Shown here in pieces: positions 46,764 through 55,627 of a stretch of 64,000 bases of DNA (the first letter of the stretch is position 1; every line of letters begins with the position of its first letter). Position numbers and translations under genes: made by a program. The notes below the pieces were generated by a model that was not told the origin of the DNA, did no database searches, and was given only the letters and a program-made list of their open reading frames with translations. The DNA lies in contig JBMNFN010000001.1 of the NCBI GenBank assembly GCA_050949345.1, positions 1,218,931-1,282,930 of the forward strand. The letters are read 5' to 3'. This DNA comes from Anaerolineae bacterium. GTDB taxonomy: Bacteria; Chloroflexota; Anaerolineae; UBA1429.

Positions 46764-48743
46764 TCATTCCTCCCGGGCGATGATCCGCACACCCATGGGC
46801 GGGACGCTGATGATTCCCGACAGCCTGTTCTCGGTGACATATTCCAGGCCACCCTTGCCGATATCCGCCGAGAGCGCTCTCGCCGAGTTGTTCAGCAGAA
46901 AGAGATAGCTGCCCCCCTGCGTAACCCGTTCCAGCACCTCGAGGCCCGCCTCGGCCGGCACGGGGCTGCTCAAACCCGTCTCCCGCCCCAGCCATGACGC
47001 CAACGATTCGGCAAGCCCCTCGTCGGGAACTGTAGCCAGATAGATCGCCTGGCCCTTGCCAAAGCGATTGCGGGTGATGGTCGGTTTGCCGGCATAGTAC
47101 TCGCCTGCAAAGCGGGCCATCGCCTCGGCGCCTTCCAGTGCCAGCACGTCCGCCCATGCGGTAGCGTTTCCTGCAGGCACCGAGCACACCGAGCTGCCCT
47201 CTACCGGTACGGACCGACCATCGTCGAGCGAATCATACTCTTGAACCGTTACTCCACAGACCTCTCGCAGCAACCCCGGCAGCCAGTCCTCCACCACGGT
47301 ATTGTCCACATCCATCACGCCCGAGCGAGCGGTGACCACCAGCGTTCCCCCTGCCCGTACGTAAGCAGTGAGCTTTTCAGCCAGCTGGGGCTCGAGGATG
47401 TACAGCATAGGAGCCACCACCACGGAATAGCCGTCCAGAGAAGCCGACGGAGAGACAATGTCGATGCCGGCGTTCAGTGTGCGCAAGCCCCGATAGAGCG
47501 CCATAAAGGCCTGAGGATAGTCCAAGTAGCGATTGTGAGGCTGATTCTGCAGGGCAAAGCGCGAGTCATACGAGAGCAGCATGGCCACCTGCGAACGAGG
47601 GGCACTGCCCACCAGCCGATCTCCGAGCCGCCTTATCACCGCGCCCATCTCCTTGACCTCGTTATAACGACGCCCGGGGATGCCGTGGTGATCGAGGATG
47701 CCGTGCCAATACTCTTCGCCACCAAAGCGCGCGGTGCGCCACCGGAAGAACACGATCCCGTCCGCTCCATGGGCGATCGCTTCCCACGACCAGAAGGGTA
47801 TTTCGCCGGGCCGCGGCGCCATGGCGACCGTGTTCTGCCCCGTCGGCCCCGCCTGCTCTTCCATCACCCAGAAGGGCTTGCCCTTGAGCCCGCGCATGGT
47901 GTCGTGGGCCAGGGCACGGCGAGCAGCATCGGGCTGCCCCATAAACCGCGGATAGTTATCCCAGCTCACCCAGTCCAGGTCGGCAGCGAGATCGAAATAG
48001 TTCAGATTCGGGTAGCCGAAACCCATCAGATTATGGGTGATGGGCACACCCGGATCAGCTGCTCGAATGATCTCCAACTGCTGTCGCTGATAGTCCACGT
48101 AGCTGTCAGACATAAAGCGGCGATAGTTCAGAGCCAAACCGGGGTTGTGAATGCCGGTTGTAGACCAGGGCAACGGGATCTGTTCCCAGGCGGTATAGAT
48201 ATGGCTCCAGAACACCGTGCCCCAGGCCTCGTTGAGGGCCTCCAGGGTACCGTAGCGGTTCTTGAGCCACTCTTGAAAGGCCGCTTGACAGGTCGGACAG
48301 TAACAGCGTCCGCCAAATTCGTTGTCGATCTGCCAGCCGATGACATTGGGGTTGCCAGCGAAATGCTCCGCCATGGCTCGAACGATGCGCGCACTGTGGC
48401 GACGATACTCCCCATGATTAGGGCAGTAGGTGCGGCGGCTGCCATAGGTCACCCGCACCCCATCCTCCCGCACCAGGGCGGCATCAGGATGAGCGGCCAT
48501 GATCCACGCAGGCGGGGCAGCCGTGGGTGTGCCCAGCACGGAGCGAATGCCATAACTGCCAAACAGCGCAATGGCCCGATCGAGCCAGCCAAAATTAAAC
48601 TCGCCCTCCCGGGGCTCCATGTAGGTCCAGGCAAACTCGGCCATGCGGATCACATTGAGGCCGGCCTCCTGCATCAGGCGAGCGTCCTGCTCCCAGCGCT
48701 CCTCAGGCCAGTGCTCAGGGTAATAGTCGGCACCAAAGTACAT
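46764..48743 (-). CDS. Glycoside hydrolase family 42 beta-galactosidase
   Basis: 659 aa. N-terminal MYFGADYYPEHWPEERWEQDARLMQEAGLNVIR is classic GH42, with a CxxC Zn site (CYCPTC), a trimerisation domain and a C-terminal domain. GAGGAGG RBS. Confidence 0.9.
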   Translation of the reverse strand: MYFGADYYPEHWPEERWEQDARLMQEAGLNVIRMAEFAWTYMEPREGEFNFGWLDRAIALFGSYGIRSVLGTPTAAPPAWIMAAHPDAALVREDGVRVTYGSRRTYCPNHGEYRRHSARIVRAMAEHFAGNPNVIGWQIDNEFGGRCYCPTCQAAFQEWLKNRYGTLEALNEAWGTVFWSHIYTAWEQIPLPWSTTGIHNPGLALNYRRFMSDSYVDYQRQQLEIIRAADPGVPITHNLMGFGYPNLNYFDLAADLDWVSWDNYPRFMGQPDAARRALAHDTMRGLKGKPFWVMEEQAGPTGQNTVAMAPRPGEIPFWSWEAIAHGADGIVFFRWRTARFGGEEYWHGILDHHGIPGRRYNEVKEMGAVIRRLGDRLVGSAPRSQVAMLLSYDSRFALQNQPHNRYLDYPQAFMALYRGLRTLNAGIDIVSPSASLDGYSVVVAPMLYILEPQLAEKLTAYVRAGGTLVVTARSGVMDVDNTVVEDWLPGLLREVCGVTVQEYDSLDDGRSVPVEGSSVCSVPAGNATAWADVLALEGAEAMARFAGEYYAGKPTITRNRFGKGQAIYLATVPDEGLAESLASWLGRETGLSSPVPAEAGLEVLERVTQGGSYLFLLNNSARALSADIGKGGLEYVTENRLSGIISVPPMGVRIIAREE

Positions 48744-48788
48744 CTTGTGTCCTCCTCGTTGTGAATTGGACTTGCCGGAACTCGTACG

Positions 48789-50267
48789 CTAGATGATACG
48801 CTCCCGAATGCGGGCACTCAGTGTGTCCAGTACCATCACCACGGCAACAATCAGTATCACCGCGACGCTGACACTGCGCCACTGGCCCAGATTCTGATAC
48901 TGGAACAGCAGCTGACCGATTCCCCCACCACCTACCAAGCCAATAATGGTACTCATGCGTACATTGATGTCCCAGCGATAAATGGTAAAGGAGATAAAGG
49001 GCGGAATAATCTGCGGCACCACGGCATACACGATGGTCTGCAGCTCGGTGGCACCGGTGGAGCGCACGGCCTCCAGGGGTCCCTGATCGATGCCCTCGAT
49101 CTGTTCCGAGTACAGTTTGCCCAGCGCAGCGATTGAGTGCACCATCAGTGCCACCATGCCTGGGAAGGGCCCCAACCGGAACCAGGTCACAAAGATCAGA
49201 GCCCAGACAAAGGGTTCGATGGAGCGTGTGACGTTCATGAGGAAACGCATCACACTGTAAACCACCTGTCCGATGGGAAACTCGGCGGTGACGCCCCGGC
49301 GGGAGCCAAACACGCCCCCCGCCACTGCGCCTGCGGCCAGCAACAGCCAGGGCCATGGGCTGCTTTCTCGCACAAAAATTTCCCATGAAGATGCTGCGAT
49401 AAAGGCCGTTGCCAAGGACACAATCAGATACATCAGACCAGCGCCCAGCGCCGCGCTCAGCAGAACGCTGACTGCCCGGGCGGCGCCACCAGCCTGATTG
49501 GCCAACAGCCGCCGCATGGCGCGATACAAGAGGACGCCGCCCAGAATGGCGCCCAGCGCCCCCAACAGGGGAAAAGTAATGCCCTGAATGAGCTCCACGT
49601 CCAATTGGGCGCTGTTCAGAGAGCCCAGCAGCCCCCGCGCCAGCCGATTGCCCAGCACCGCCCCTGCCACTGCGCCGGACACACCGGCCACCAGTGGCCC
49701 GTAGGGCGAGGTAAGGCGATGCATCAGATTGCGCGCGGCAAAGAAACTGAGCACGGCGGCAATGGGCACCGAGATCACGGTGGACATGAGTGCCAGGAAA
49801 ATCGTCTCGATCATGCCGCCGATCAGCGCCGGGAACACTTCCCAGTAAGGGCGAATCAGGCGATCGGTCATGTTCGTCAGGCGATCGGCCCGGGTGAACA
49901 CATAATAGAGATTGATCTCGGTGATGTTCCAGCCCAGCACAAAGGTGACCACCGCCAGGATCAGGCTGGTGACACCCACCAGCGTCCGGTACCAGGGAAC
50001 TGCATGGTGCGGCGCGGCTTCAGCGCCCTCCTCCACCGCCGACCACCCCACTGCCCGCGCGCCCAACGTGTCCCCCACTTTGGAGAGCACCAGAGCCAGA
50101 ATCAAACCCAAGGCAACGCTTCCAAGATAGAGCCAGAGCGTGTAGGCATGGCCGTGCAGCTCATTGCGAAACAGATAAATGATCGCAGCCGGCACATACG
50201 ACCAGATAAGCCAGTCCACAGCGAGAGCTTGGAGCGGCGCAGAGCCAGCTTTGTTTCCGTTATCCAT
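48789..50267 (-). CDS. phnE: Phosphonate-type ABC transporter permease PhnE (extended/duplicated, 492 aa)
   Basis: C-terminal PhnE-like BPD_transp_1 core (EAVRSTGATELQTIVYAVVPQI...) plus about 200 aa of extra N-terminal TM helices. Confidence 0.75.
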   Translation of the reverse strand: MDNGNKAGSAPLQALAVDWLIWSYVPAAIIYLFRNELHGHAYTLWLYLGSVALGLILALVLSKVGDTLGARAVGWSAVEEGAEAAPHHAVPWYRTLVGVTSLILAVVTFVLGWNITEINLYYVFTRADRLTNMTDRLIRPYWEVFPALIGGMIETIFLALMSTVISVPIAAVLSFFAARNLMHRLTSPYGPLVAGVSGAVAGAVLGNRLARGLLGSLNSAQLDVELIQGITFPLLGALGAILGGVLLYRAMRRLLANQAGGAARAVSVLLSAALGAGLMYLIVSLATAFIAASSWEIFVRESSPWPWLLLAAGAVAGGVFGSRRGVTAEFPIGQVVYSVMRFLMNVTRSIEPFVWALIFVTWFRLGPFPGMVALMVHSIAALGKLYSEQIEGIDQGPLEAVRSTGATELQTIVYAVVPQIIPPFISFTIYRWDINVRMSTIIGLVGGGGIGQLLFQYQNLGQWRSVSVAVILIVAVVMVLDTLSARIRERII

Positions 50268-50275
50268 GGCCCCTC

Positions 50276-51034
50276 CTACGACACGCCCACTTCAACTGCA
50301 TCTTCGCCATAGATCTGCCGAAAGCGGTCCCGATCGATCTCGCTGGGCAACCCGTCAAAAATCAGGCGGCCCGCCTTGAGTGCCACGATGCGAGTGCCAT
50401 AACGCCGAGCGAGGTCCAAAAAGTGCAGATTACACAGGATGGTGGTGCCATCCTCGCGGTTGATCTCTTCCAGATAGCGGAGCACCGAGTGCGAAGTTGC
50501 CGGGTCCAGCGCAGAAACCGGCTCATCGGCAAGGATGATGTCCGGTTCTTGCATCAACGCACGGGCGATGCCCACCCGCTGCTGCTGGCCGCCACTGAGC
50601 TCATCCGCTCGCACGTCGGCCTTTTCACCGATGCCCACCCGCTCAAGATTGGCGCGGGCGGCTTGGACGACCTCCGGCGGAAAACGGTGCAGCAGGCTGG
50701 CTCCCGGGCTGACGTATCCCAGCCTGCCAGAGAGCACGTTGGTCAGCACCGAAGACCGTCGAACCAGATTAAAGTGTTGAAAGACCATGCCGATGCGTCG
50801 ACGCACAAGACGCAGTTCTTCCGGTGCAGCCGCGGTCACGTCGATACCGTCAAAGATGACCTGGCCCGAGGTGGGCTCCACCAGGCGATTGATACAGCGC
50901 ATGAGCGTGGACTTGCCCGAGCCGCTCAACCCCACGATGACCAGAAACTCGCCTTTCTTGACGGTAAAGCTTACGTCATCCAGGGCCCGCACCCGCCCGT
51001 CATAGACTTTGGTCAGATTCCGGATTTCCAGCAC
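50276..51034 (-). CDS. phnC: Phosphonate-type ABC transporter ATP-binding protein PhnC
   Basis: GTG at 51034 (V28 of the track ORF), which has AAGGAG 6 nt upstream, giving N-terminal MLEIRNLTKVY. Walker A GLSGSGKST, signature LSGGQQQRVGIARAL. Confidence 0.8.
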   Translation of the reverse strand: MLEIRNLTKVYDGRVRALDDVSFTVKKGEFLVIVGLSGSGKSTLMRCINRLVEPTSGQVIFDGIDVTAAAPEELRLVRRRIGMVFQHFNLVRRSSVLTNVLSGRLGYVSPGASLLHRFPPEVVQAARANLERVGIGEKADVRADELSGGQQQRVGIARALMQEPDIILADEPVSALDPATSHSVLRYLEEINREDGTTILCNLHFLDLARRYGTRIVALKAGRLIFDGLPSEIDRDRFRQIYGEDAVEVGVS

Positions 51035-51137
51035 TGGCCACTCCTTTACAACGCACAGGGGTGGTACACAAGGGGCAGCCTGTGCTTGGCAGGTTGCCCC
51101 TTGCAGAGTTGCCACAAACGCGAACCGGTCGCCGGTT

Positions 51138-52154
51138 CTACTTGAGGATATCCTCTTCCTTGAGGCCGAGTCCGGTGATCATGTCACGGATCGGATCAAA
51201 GTTAGAGTCATCCACCGGTGCGAATCCCGTGATGTCGTAAAAGGCATCGTTAGAGAGGACCGCCAGTCCTTCATCGGTCGCGGCATAGTCGATCAATGCC
51301 TGCACGATCTTTTCACGGGCATCGGTCGGAAAGTCTTTGGAAAAGCTCACCGTATCATTGGGAATAGGATCGGAGATATCCAGAATGCAGACTTTTTCCA
51401 GGATGTCCGGGAAATCGCCCAGCAGGCTGGCCCGGGCGTCACGGATACGCATGCCACCGATAAAGGCCTTCCAGCTGTCGCCGTCCTGCTCCACGGTGAT
51501 CTCACCCTGCGGCTGCGGAGCATCACCGATCTGCCACTCACCCTGCTCGCCAGGAGGGCTGAAGAAGGTGGTGGCAAAGTCCACCTGTCCCTCGTACAGG
51601 GCAAGCACGGCCTGGGGGTGCCCACCGGCGGCCAGCTCATCGCCCGGATCGATGCCATTCTTGGCAAAGTACGAGGCCGGCACCAGATAGCCCGAGGTAG
51701 ACCCGGTGTCGGGATAGGCCCAACGCTTGCCGTTCAAGTCTGCCAGGCTGGTCATGCCACTGTCGCAGGCCACCAGGTACTGCGCCCAGTAGAATCCCCA
51801 ACCATACCGGACCGTCGCCAGCGACACGTCGGCGCCGTAGGTGTCGGCGGCCAGCACATAGCCCAGCGCAGGGATAAAGGCAATGGCATCGCCTTCAGCG
51901 GCGCCCATCTCCTCCACTACAGCCGAGTAGGTCGTAGGTACTTTGACCTCAAACTTGTACCCGGTCTGCTCCTCCAGGAACTGGGCGATGGCATCGCCGC
52001 TCTCCACGATCACCGATACCTCAACGGAGGGCACAAAGTAGATCTGGAACGGATGGTCCTCCGTCCCCAAGGCAGCCTCCCGCGCACAGCCCGTCAAACA
52101 TGACGGGACCAACAAGACCAAAACCAGTAACACCGCCCACAGCTTTTTCGCCAT
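51138..52154 (-). CDS. phnD: Phosphonate/phosphite-type ABC transporter substrate-binding lipoprotein PhnD
   Basis: The ATG at 52154 (M13) has AAGGAGG upstream. Lipobox LTGC, and PhnD-like PBP motifs (FQIYFVPS..., YLVPASYF). Confidence 0.75.
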   Translation of the reverse strand: MAKKLWAVLLVLVLLVPSCLTGCAREAALGTEDHPFQIYFVPSVEVSVIVESGDAIAQFLEEQTGYKFEVKVPTTYSAVVEEMGAAEGDAIAFIPALGYVLAADTYGADVSLATVRYGWGFYWAQYLVACDSGMTSLADLNGKRWAYPDTGSTSGYLVPASYFAKNGIDPGDELAAGGHPQAVLALYEGQVDFATTFFSPPGEQGEWQIGDAPQPQGEITVEQDGDSWKAFIGGMRIRDARASLLGDFPDILEKVCILDISDPIPNDTVSFSKDFPTDAREKIVQALIDYAATDEGLAVLSNDAFYDITGFAPVDDSNFDPIRDMITGLGLKEEDILK

Positions 52155-52249
52155 TCGTACCCGCCTCCTTGAAATCATTACCCACTGCACTCATCACTAT
52201 GGATCGATCCGACGTGCCGCACGCTGCGGACCGGTCCCCCTCCACGGGG

Positions 52250-52255
52250 ATTATA
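52250..52255 (-). promoter_or_regulatory. Candidate -10 (TATAAT) for phnDCE
   Basis: TATAAT is the reverse complement of 52250-52255. There is only a weak -35 (TTTACT), and an ~80-nt leader containing the near-palindrome CCGCAGCGTGCGG. Confidence 0.3.
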
Positions 52256-52298
52256 GCCGTACAAGGACGCAAGTAAAGCCTGCCAGCCCAAACCGTCC

Positions 52299-52326
52299 TT
52301 GACAGCACCGGCCACGGATTTACACT
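52299..52326 (+). promoter_or_regulatory. Candidate promoter: TTGACA, 16 nt spacer, TACACT
   Basis: Divergent from phnD. GGGAGG lies 4 nt before the ATG at 52391. Confidence 0.4.
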
Positions 52327-52390
52327 GCGGACAGTCTGACAGGTGTGAATTGCGCCGCAGCCGCACACCGGCACCGAATCGGGAGGACAT

Positions 52391-53236
52391 ATGCTGGAAT
52401 TGGCACTCTTTGGAGCGGCGGGAAAGATGGGCGCCCGTATCGCCTCTGTGCTCGGTAACAATCCCGACTATGCGCTGCGCTGTGTCGAGTCCGGTGCCGT
52501 CGGCCTCAGTCGACTGCGGGCAGCCGGGTTCACGCCCTGCGATGCGCAGGAAGCGGCGACAGCAGCGGATGTGGTGGTGCTGGCAGTGCCCGACGTGGCC
52601 ATTGGCAGCGTGGCCCATCAACTGGTACCCCTGCTCAAGTCGGGGACCCTGGTGATCACGCTGGACCCGGCGGCGGCGTATGGCGGCGCGCTGCCCGCTC
52701 GGCACGATATCGCCTATCTGGTGACACATCCCTGCCACCCCTCACTCGCGAACAAGGACCTGCCTCCCGATGCGTTACGTGACTATTTCGGAGGCATCGC
52801 TCCTCAGGCACTGGTGTGCGCCCTGTATCAGGGCTCGGAGGATGACTATGTGCGCGGTGAGGCGATCTGCCGCACCATGTTTGCCCCCGTCTCGGTGGTG
52901 CACCGGATCACCGTCGAACAAATGGCATTGCTGGAGCCTGCCATGGCCGAGACCGTTGCTCTCACCTGCCTGACGGTGGTACGGGAGGCGGTCGACGGGG
53001 TGATTGCCCAGGGAGTGCCAGAAGCCGCAGCGATGGATTTTATTCTGGGACACCTCAACGTGAGCATCGCTATCCTGTTCGGTCTGATCGATGCGCAGGT
53101 CTCAGATGGCGCCCGGCTGGCAGTGGAGCGCGCGCGCAAGAGTTTGTTCCGGCCCGATTGGCGCGAGGTGCTGACGCCACAGAGAGTCCGAGAGCAAGTT
53201 TCCTCCATCATCCACGGTGAGGTGCAGGCAGAGTGA
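52391..53236 (+). CDS. NAD(P)-binding oxidoreductase with a DapB-N-like Rossmann domain. Function unknown.
   Basis: ALFGAAGKMGARIA resembles the DapB GAxGRMG motif. VVVLAVPDVA is a dehydrogenase-like second strand. The canonical DapB C-terminal HHxxKxDxPSGTA motif is absent. Confidence 0.5.
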   Translation: MLELALFGAAGKMGARIASVLGNNPDYALRCVESGAVGLSRLRAAGFTPCDAQEAATAADVVVLAVPDVAIGSVAHQLVPLLKSGTLVITLDPAAAYGGALPARHDIAYLVTHPCHPSLANKDLPPDALRDYFGGIAPQALVCALYQGSEDDYVRGEAICRTMFAPVSVVHRITVEQMALLEPAMAETVALTCLTVVREAVDGVIAQGVPEAAAMDFILGHLNVSIAILFGLIDAQVSDGARLAVERARKSLFRPDWREVLTPQRVREQVSSIIHGEVQAE

Positions 53237-54045
53237 AACTGGGCATCTCCTCGTGGGCCTTTCCCTGGTCAGTGGGAGTGCCCGGATGTGCCCCGGCAGA
53301 GCCGCTGGGTGCCCTTGACCTCGTTGCCATCGCCGCGCACCTGAACGTACGGGTCTTGCAGTTGGCGGACAACCTGCCCCTCGATACCTGGAACGATATC
53401 CAGCTTGGTGAACTGCGCGCCTTTTCCCAGCAGCAGCAGGTCCAACTGGAGGTCGGCACCCGAGGCATCGGACGCGGCCATTTGCTGCGCTACCTGCAAA
53501 TCGCACAACTCTTGGACTCGGCACTGCTCCGCGTAGTGATCGACACGCCAGAGACCCGCCCCACCCCAGATGAGGTATTGGCTACGCTCCGGGGGCTCAC
53601 CGCCGACCTGGAGACTGCCGGTGTGATGCTGGCCATCGAGAACCATGACCGCTTTCACTCAACACAACTGGTGGACATCCTGCAGCGTCTGGACAGCCCC
53701 GCCGTGGGCATCTGCCTCGACACCGCCAATTCGCTGGCCGCCATGGAGGGCACCGAGACGGTGGTACGCACCCTGGGGCCCTGGACGGTTAACCTGCACA
53801 TCAAGGACGTCAGGGTAAGACGCACGAATGCAGGGCTGGGGTTGTTGGTGGAAGGATGCCCGGCAGGGGCGGGCCAGCTGGGCATACCGGCGCTGCTGGC
53901 GGACCTGGCAGAGCTGGGCCGACAGGTCAACGTCATCGTGGAACACTGGCCGCCGCAGCAAGCCTCCCTTGCCGAGACGCTGGCACTGGAGAGGCGCTGG
54001 GCTGAACAGAGCGTCGGTTATCTCCGACAGTGGATCAAAGACTAG
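53233..54045 (+). CDS. Sugar phosphate isomerase/epimerase (xylose isomerase-like TIM barrel)
   Basis: GTG start in a GTGA overlap with the upstream gene. AP_endonuc_2-type barrel (LAIENHDRF..., ICLDTANSLA, HIKD). Confidence 0.7.
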   Translation: MKLGISSWAFPWSVGVPGCAPAEPLGALDLVAIAAHLNVRVLQLADNLPLDTWNDIQLGELRAFSQQQQVQLEVGTRGIGRGHLLRYLQIAQLLDSALLRVVIDTPETRPTPDEVLATLRGLTADLETAGVMLAIENHDRFHSTQLVDILQRLDSPAVGICLDTANSLAAMEGTETVVRTLGPWTVNLHIKDVRVRRTNAGLGLLVEGCPAGAGQLGIPALLADLAELGRQVNVIVEHWPPQQASLAETLALERRWAEQSVGYLRQWIKD

Positions 54046-54095
54046 ACATCCGTCACGGAATGGCGAACAAGTCCGTGCCAAGCAAAGGAGTAACC

Positions 54096-54668
54096 ATGGA
54101 GCTCAGCACTTTATTGTTCGAAAAAGGCGGGCCTCAGCACACCGCCGCCACTCTGCGGATCGCGCTGGAGCGCGCCAAGGCTTTGGGCATCAAACAAGTA
54201 GTAGTGGCATCGTCCCACGGGTCGACGGCGAAGGAGGCACAGGCGCTGTTTGCCCCTGAGGGCATCCGCCTGTGCGCGGTGAGCATCTCCCACGGGTGGT
54301 CATCGCTGGGTTGGTGCATGAAGCCTGAAGAACGTGAGGAGCTGGAGGCGCTGGGCATCACAGTGGTTACGGGCCTGCACGCGCTCAGCGACGGCGTCGG
54401 CACCGCCTTTGCCGAAAAGTATGGCGGACGGCCTACGGAAGAGATTGTGCGAGATGTGCTTTACCGGTTCAGCCAGGGGATGAAGGTGGCTGTCGAGTGC
54501 CTTCTGATGGCTGCAGATGCAGGCTGGGTCGACATGGAGTCAGAAGTGATCGCCATTGCTGGCACAGATTTTGGCGCCGATACGGCCATTGTGTGCAAGC
54601 CTGCCTATCCGCGCACTTTTCTGGAGCTCGAGATCCGCGAGATCCTCGCCAAGCCGCGGACGCGATAA
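54096..54668 (+). CDS. Pyruvate-kinase C-terminal (PK_C)-like domain protein, standalone. Function unknown.
   Basis: 190 aa from the ATG at 54096 (M23), which has AAGGAG 6 nt upstream. The alpha/beta pattern (KQVVVASSHGSTAKE...AIAGTDFGADTAIV) resembles PK_C-type regulatory domains. Confidence 0.5.
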   Translation: MELSTLLFEKGGPQHTAATLRIALERAKALGIKQVVVASSHGSTAKEAQALFAPEGIRLCAVSISHGWSSLGWCMKPEEREELEALGITVVTGLHALSDGVGTAFAEKYGGRPTEEIVRDVLYRFSQGMKVAVECLLMAADAGWVDMESEVIAIAGTDFGADTAIVCKPAYPRTFLELEIREILAKPRTR

Positions 54669-54669
54669 C

Positions 54670-54697
54670 GCAGGGGGCGGCAGAATCCGCCCCCTGC
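54670..54697. terminator. Bidirectional hairpin terminator
   Basis: GCAGGGGGCGG-CAGAAT-CCGCCCCCTGC, an 11-bp stem, lying between convergent genes. Confidence 0.55.
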
Positions 54698-54704
54698 GAG
54701 ACTG

Positions 54705-55625
54705 TCAGGCAAAGAGCGATGTGCTCAGGTACCGCTCACCGGTGTCCGGCAGCACCGCAACGATCAGCTTGCCCGCCATTTCGGGCCGTGCCGCAACCTG
54801 GAGGGCCGCCCAGAGTGCTGCTCCGGAGGAGATGCCACAGAGAATGCCCTCGCGCCGAGCCAGCGCACGGCTGGTGGCAAGGGCATCGTCGTCGGCAACG
54901 CGGATGATCTCATCCATCAGGCCAAGGTCCATGACCCGAGGAACAAAACCTGCCCCGATCCCCTGGATGCCGGACGTGCCCCGCTGACCACCTGAGAGGA
55001 CGGGGCTTGCGTCCGGTTCCACCGCGACCAGGTGAACAGCCGGATTGCGCTCCTTGAGGAACCGCCCCGCTCCGGTAATGGTACCGCCCGTACCAACCCC
55101 TCCCACCAGCACATCGACGCGCCCCTCGGTGTCGCGCCAGATCTCTGGCCCCGTGGTCCGATAGTGCACCTCGGGGTTGGCAGGATTATCGAACTGCAGC
55201 GGGATGAATGCTTTTCCCGCGGCGGCTGCCAGCTCTTGCGCCCGTGCGATCGCCGCGGGCATACCGCCCGACTCGACCAATTCCAGCTCGGCGCCCAGGG
55301 CTCGCAACAGTTTGCGCCGCTCCTCGCTGACGGTGCTGGGCATGGTACAGACCAGACGATAGCCCCGCGCCGCACAAACCATGGCCAGCCCGATCCCGGT
55401 ATTTCCGCTGGTTGGTTCGACAATCAGCGTGTCGGCCGTGACCTTGCCCTCTCGCTCCGCGGCCTCGATCATGCTCAAAGCCGTTCGATCCTTGACCGAG
55501 GCCAGCGGGTTGAATGATTCTACCTTGACCACAACCGTGCCGGCCAGCCCCTCGGCCAGACGATTCACTTGGACCAGAGGGGTGTTGCCGATTGTGCCCG
55601 TTATGTCACTATAAATCCCCGGCAT
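54705..55625 (-). CDS. cysK: Cysteine synthase A (O-acetylserine sulfhydrylase)
   Basis: 306 aa from the ATG at 55625 (M123 of the track ORF), which has GGAAGGAG 6 nt upstream. PLP-lysine motif (NPLASVKDR), TSGNTG, and the GTGGT glycine loop. Confidence 0.9.
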   Translation of the reverse strand: MPGIYSDITGTIGNTPLVQVNRLAEGLAGTVVVKVESFNPLASVKDRTALSMIEAAEREGKVTADTLIVEPTSGNTGIGLAMVCAARGYRLVCTMPSTVSEERRKLLRALGAELELVESGGMPAAIARAQELAAAAGKAFIPLQFDNPANPEVHYRTTGPEIWRDTEGRVDVLVGGVGTGGTITGAGRFLKERNPAVHLVAVEPDASPVLSGGQRGTSGIQGIGAGFVPRVMDLGLMDEIIRVADDDALATSRALARREGILCGISSGAALWAALQVAARPEMAGKLIVAVLPDTGERYLSTSLFA

Positions 55626-55627
55626 GA

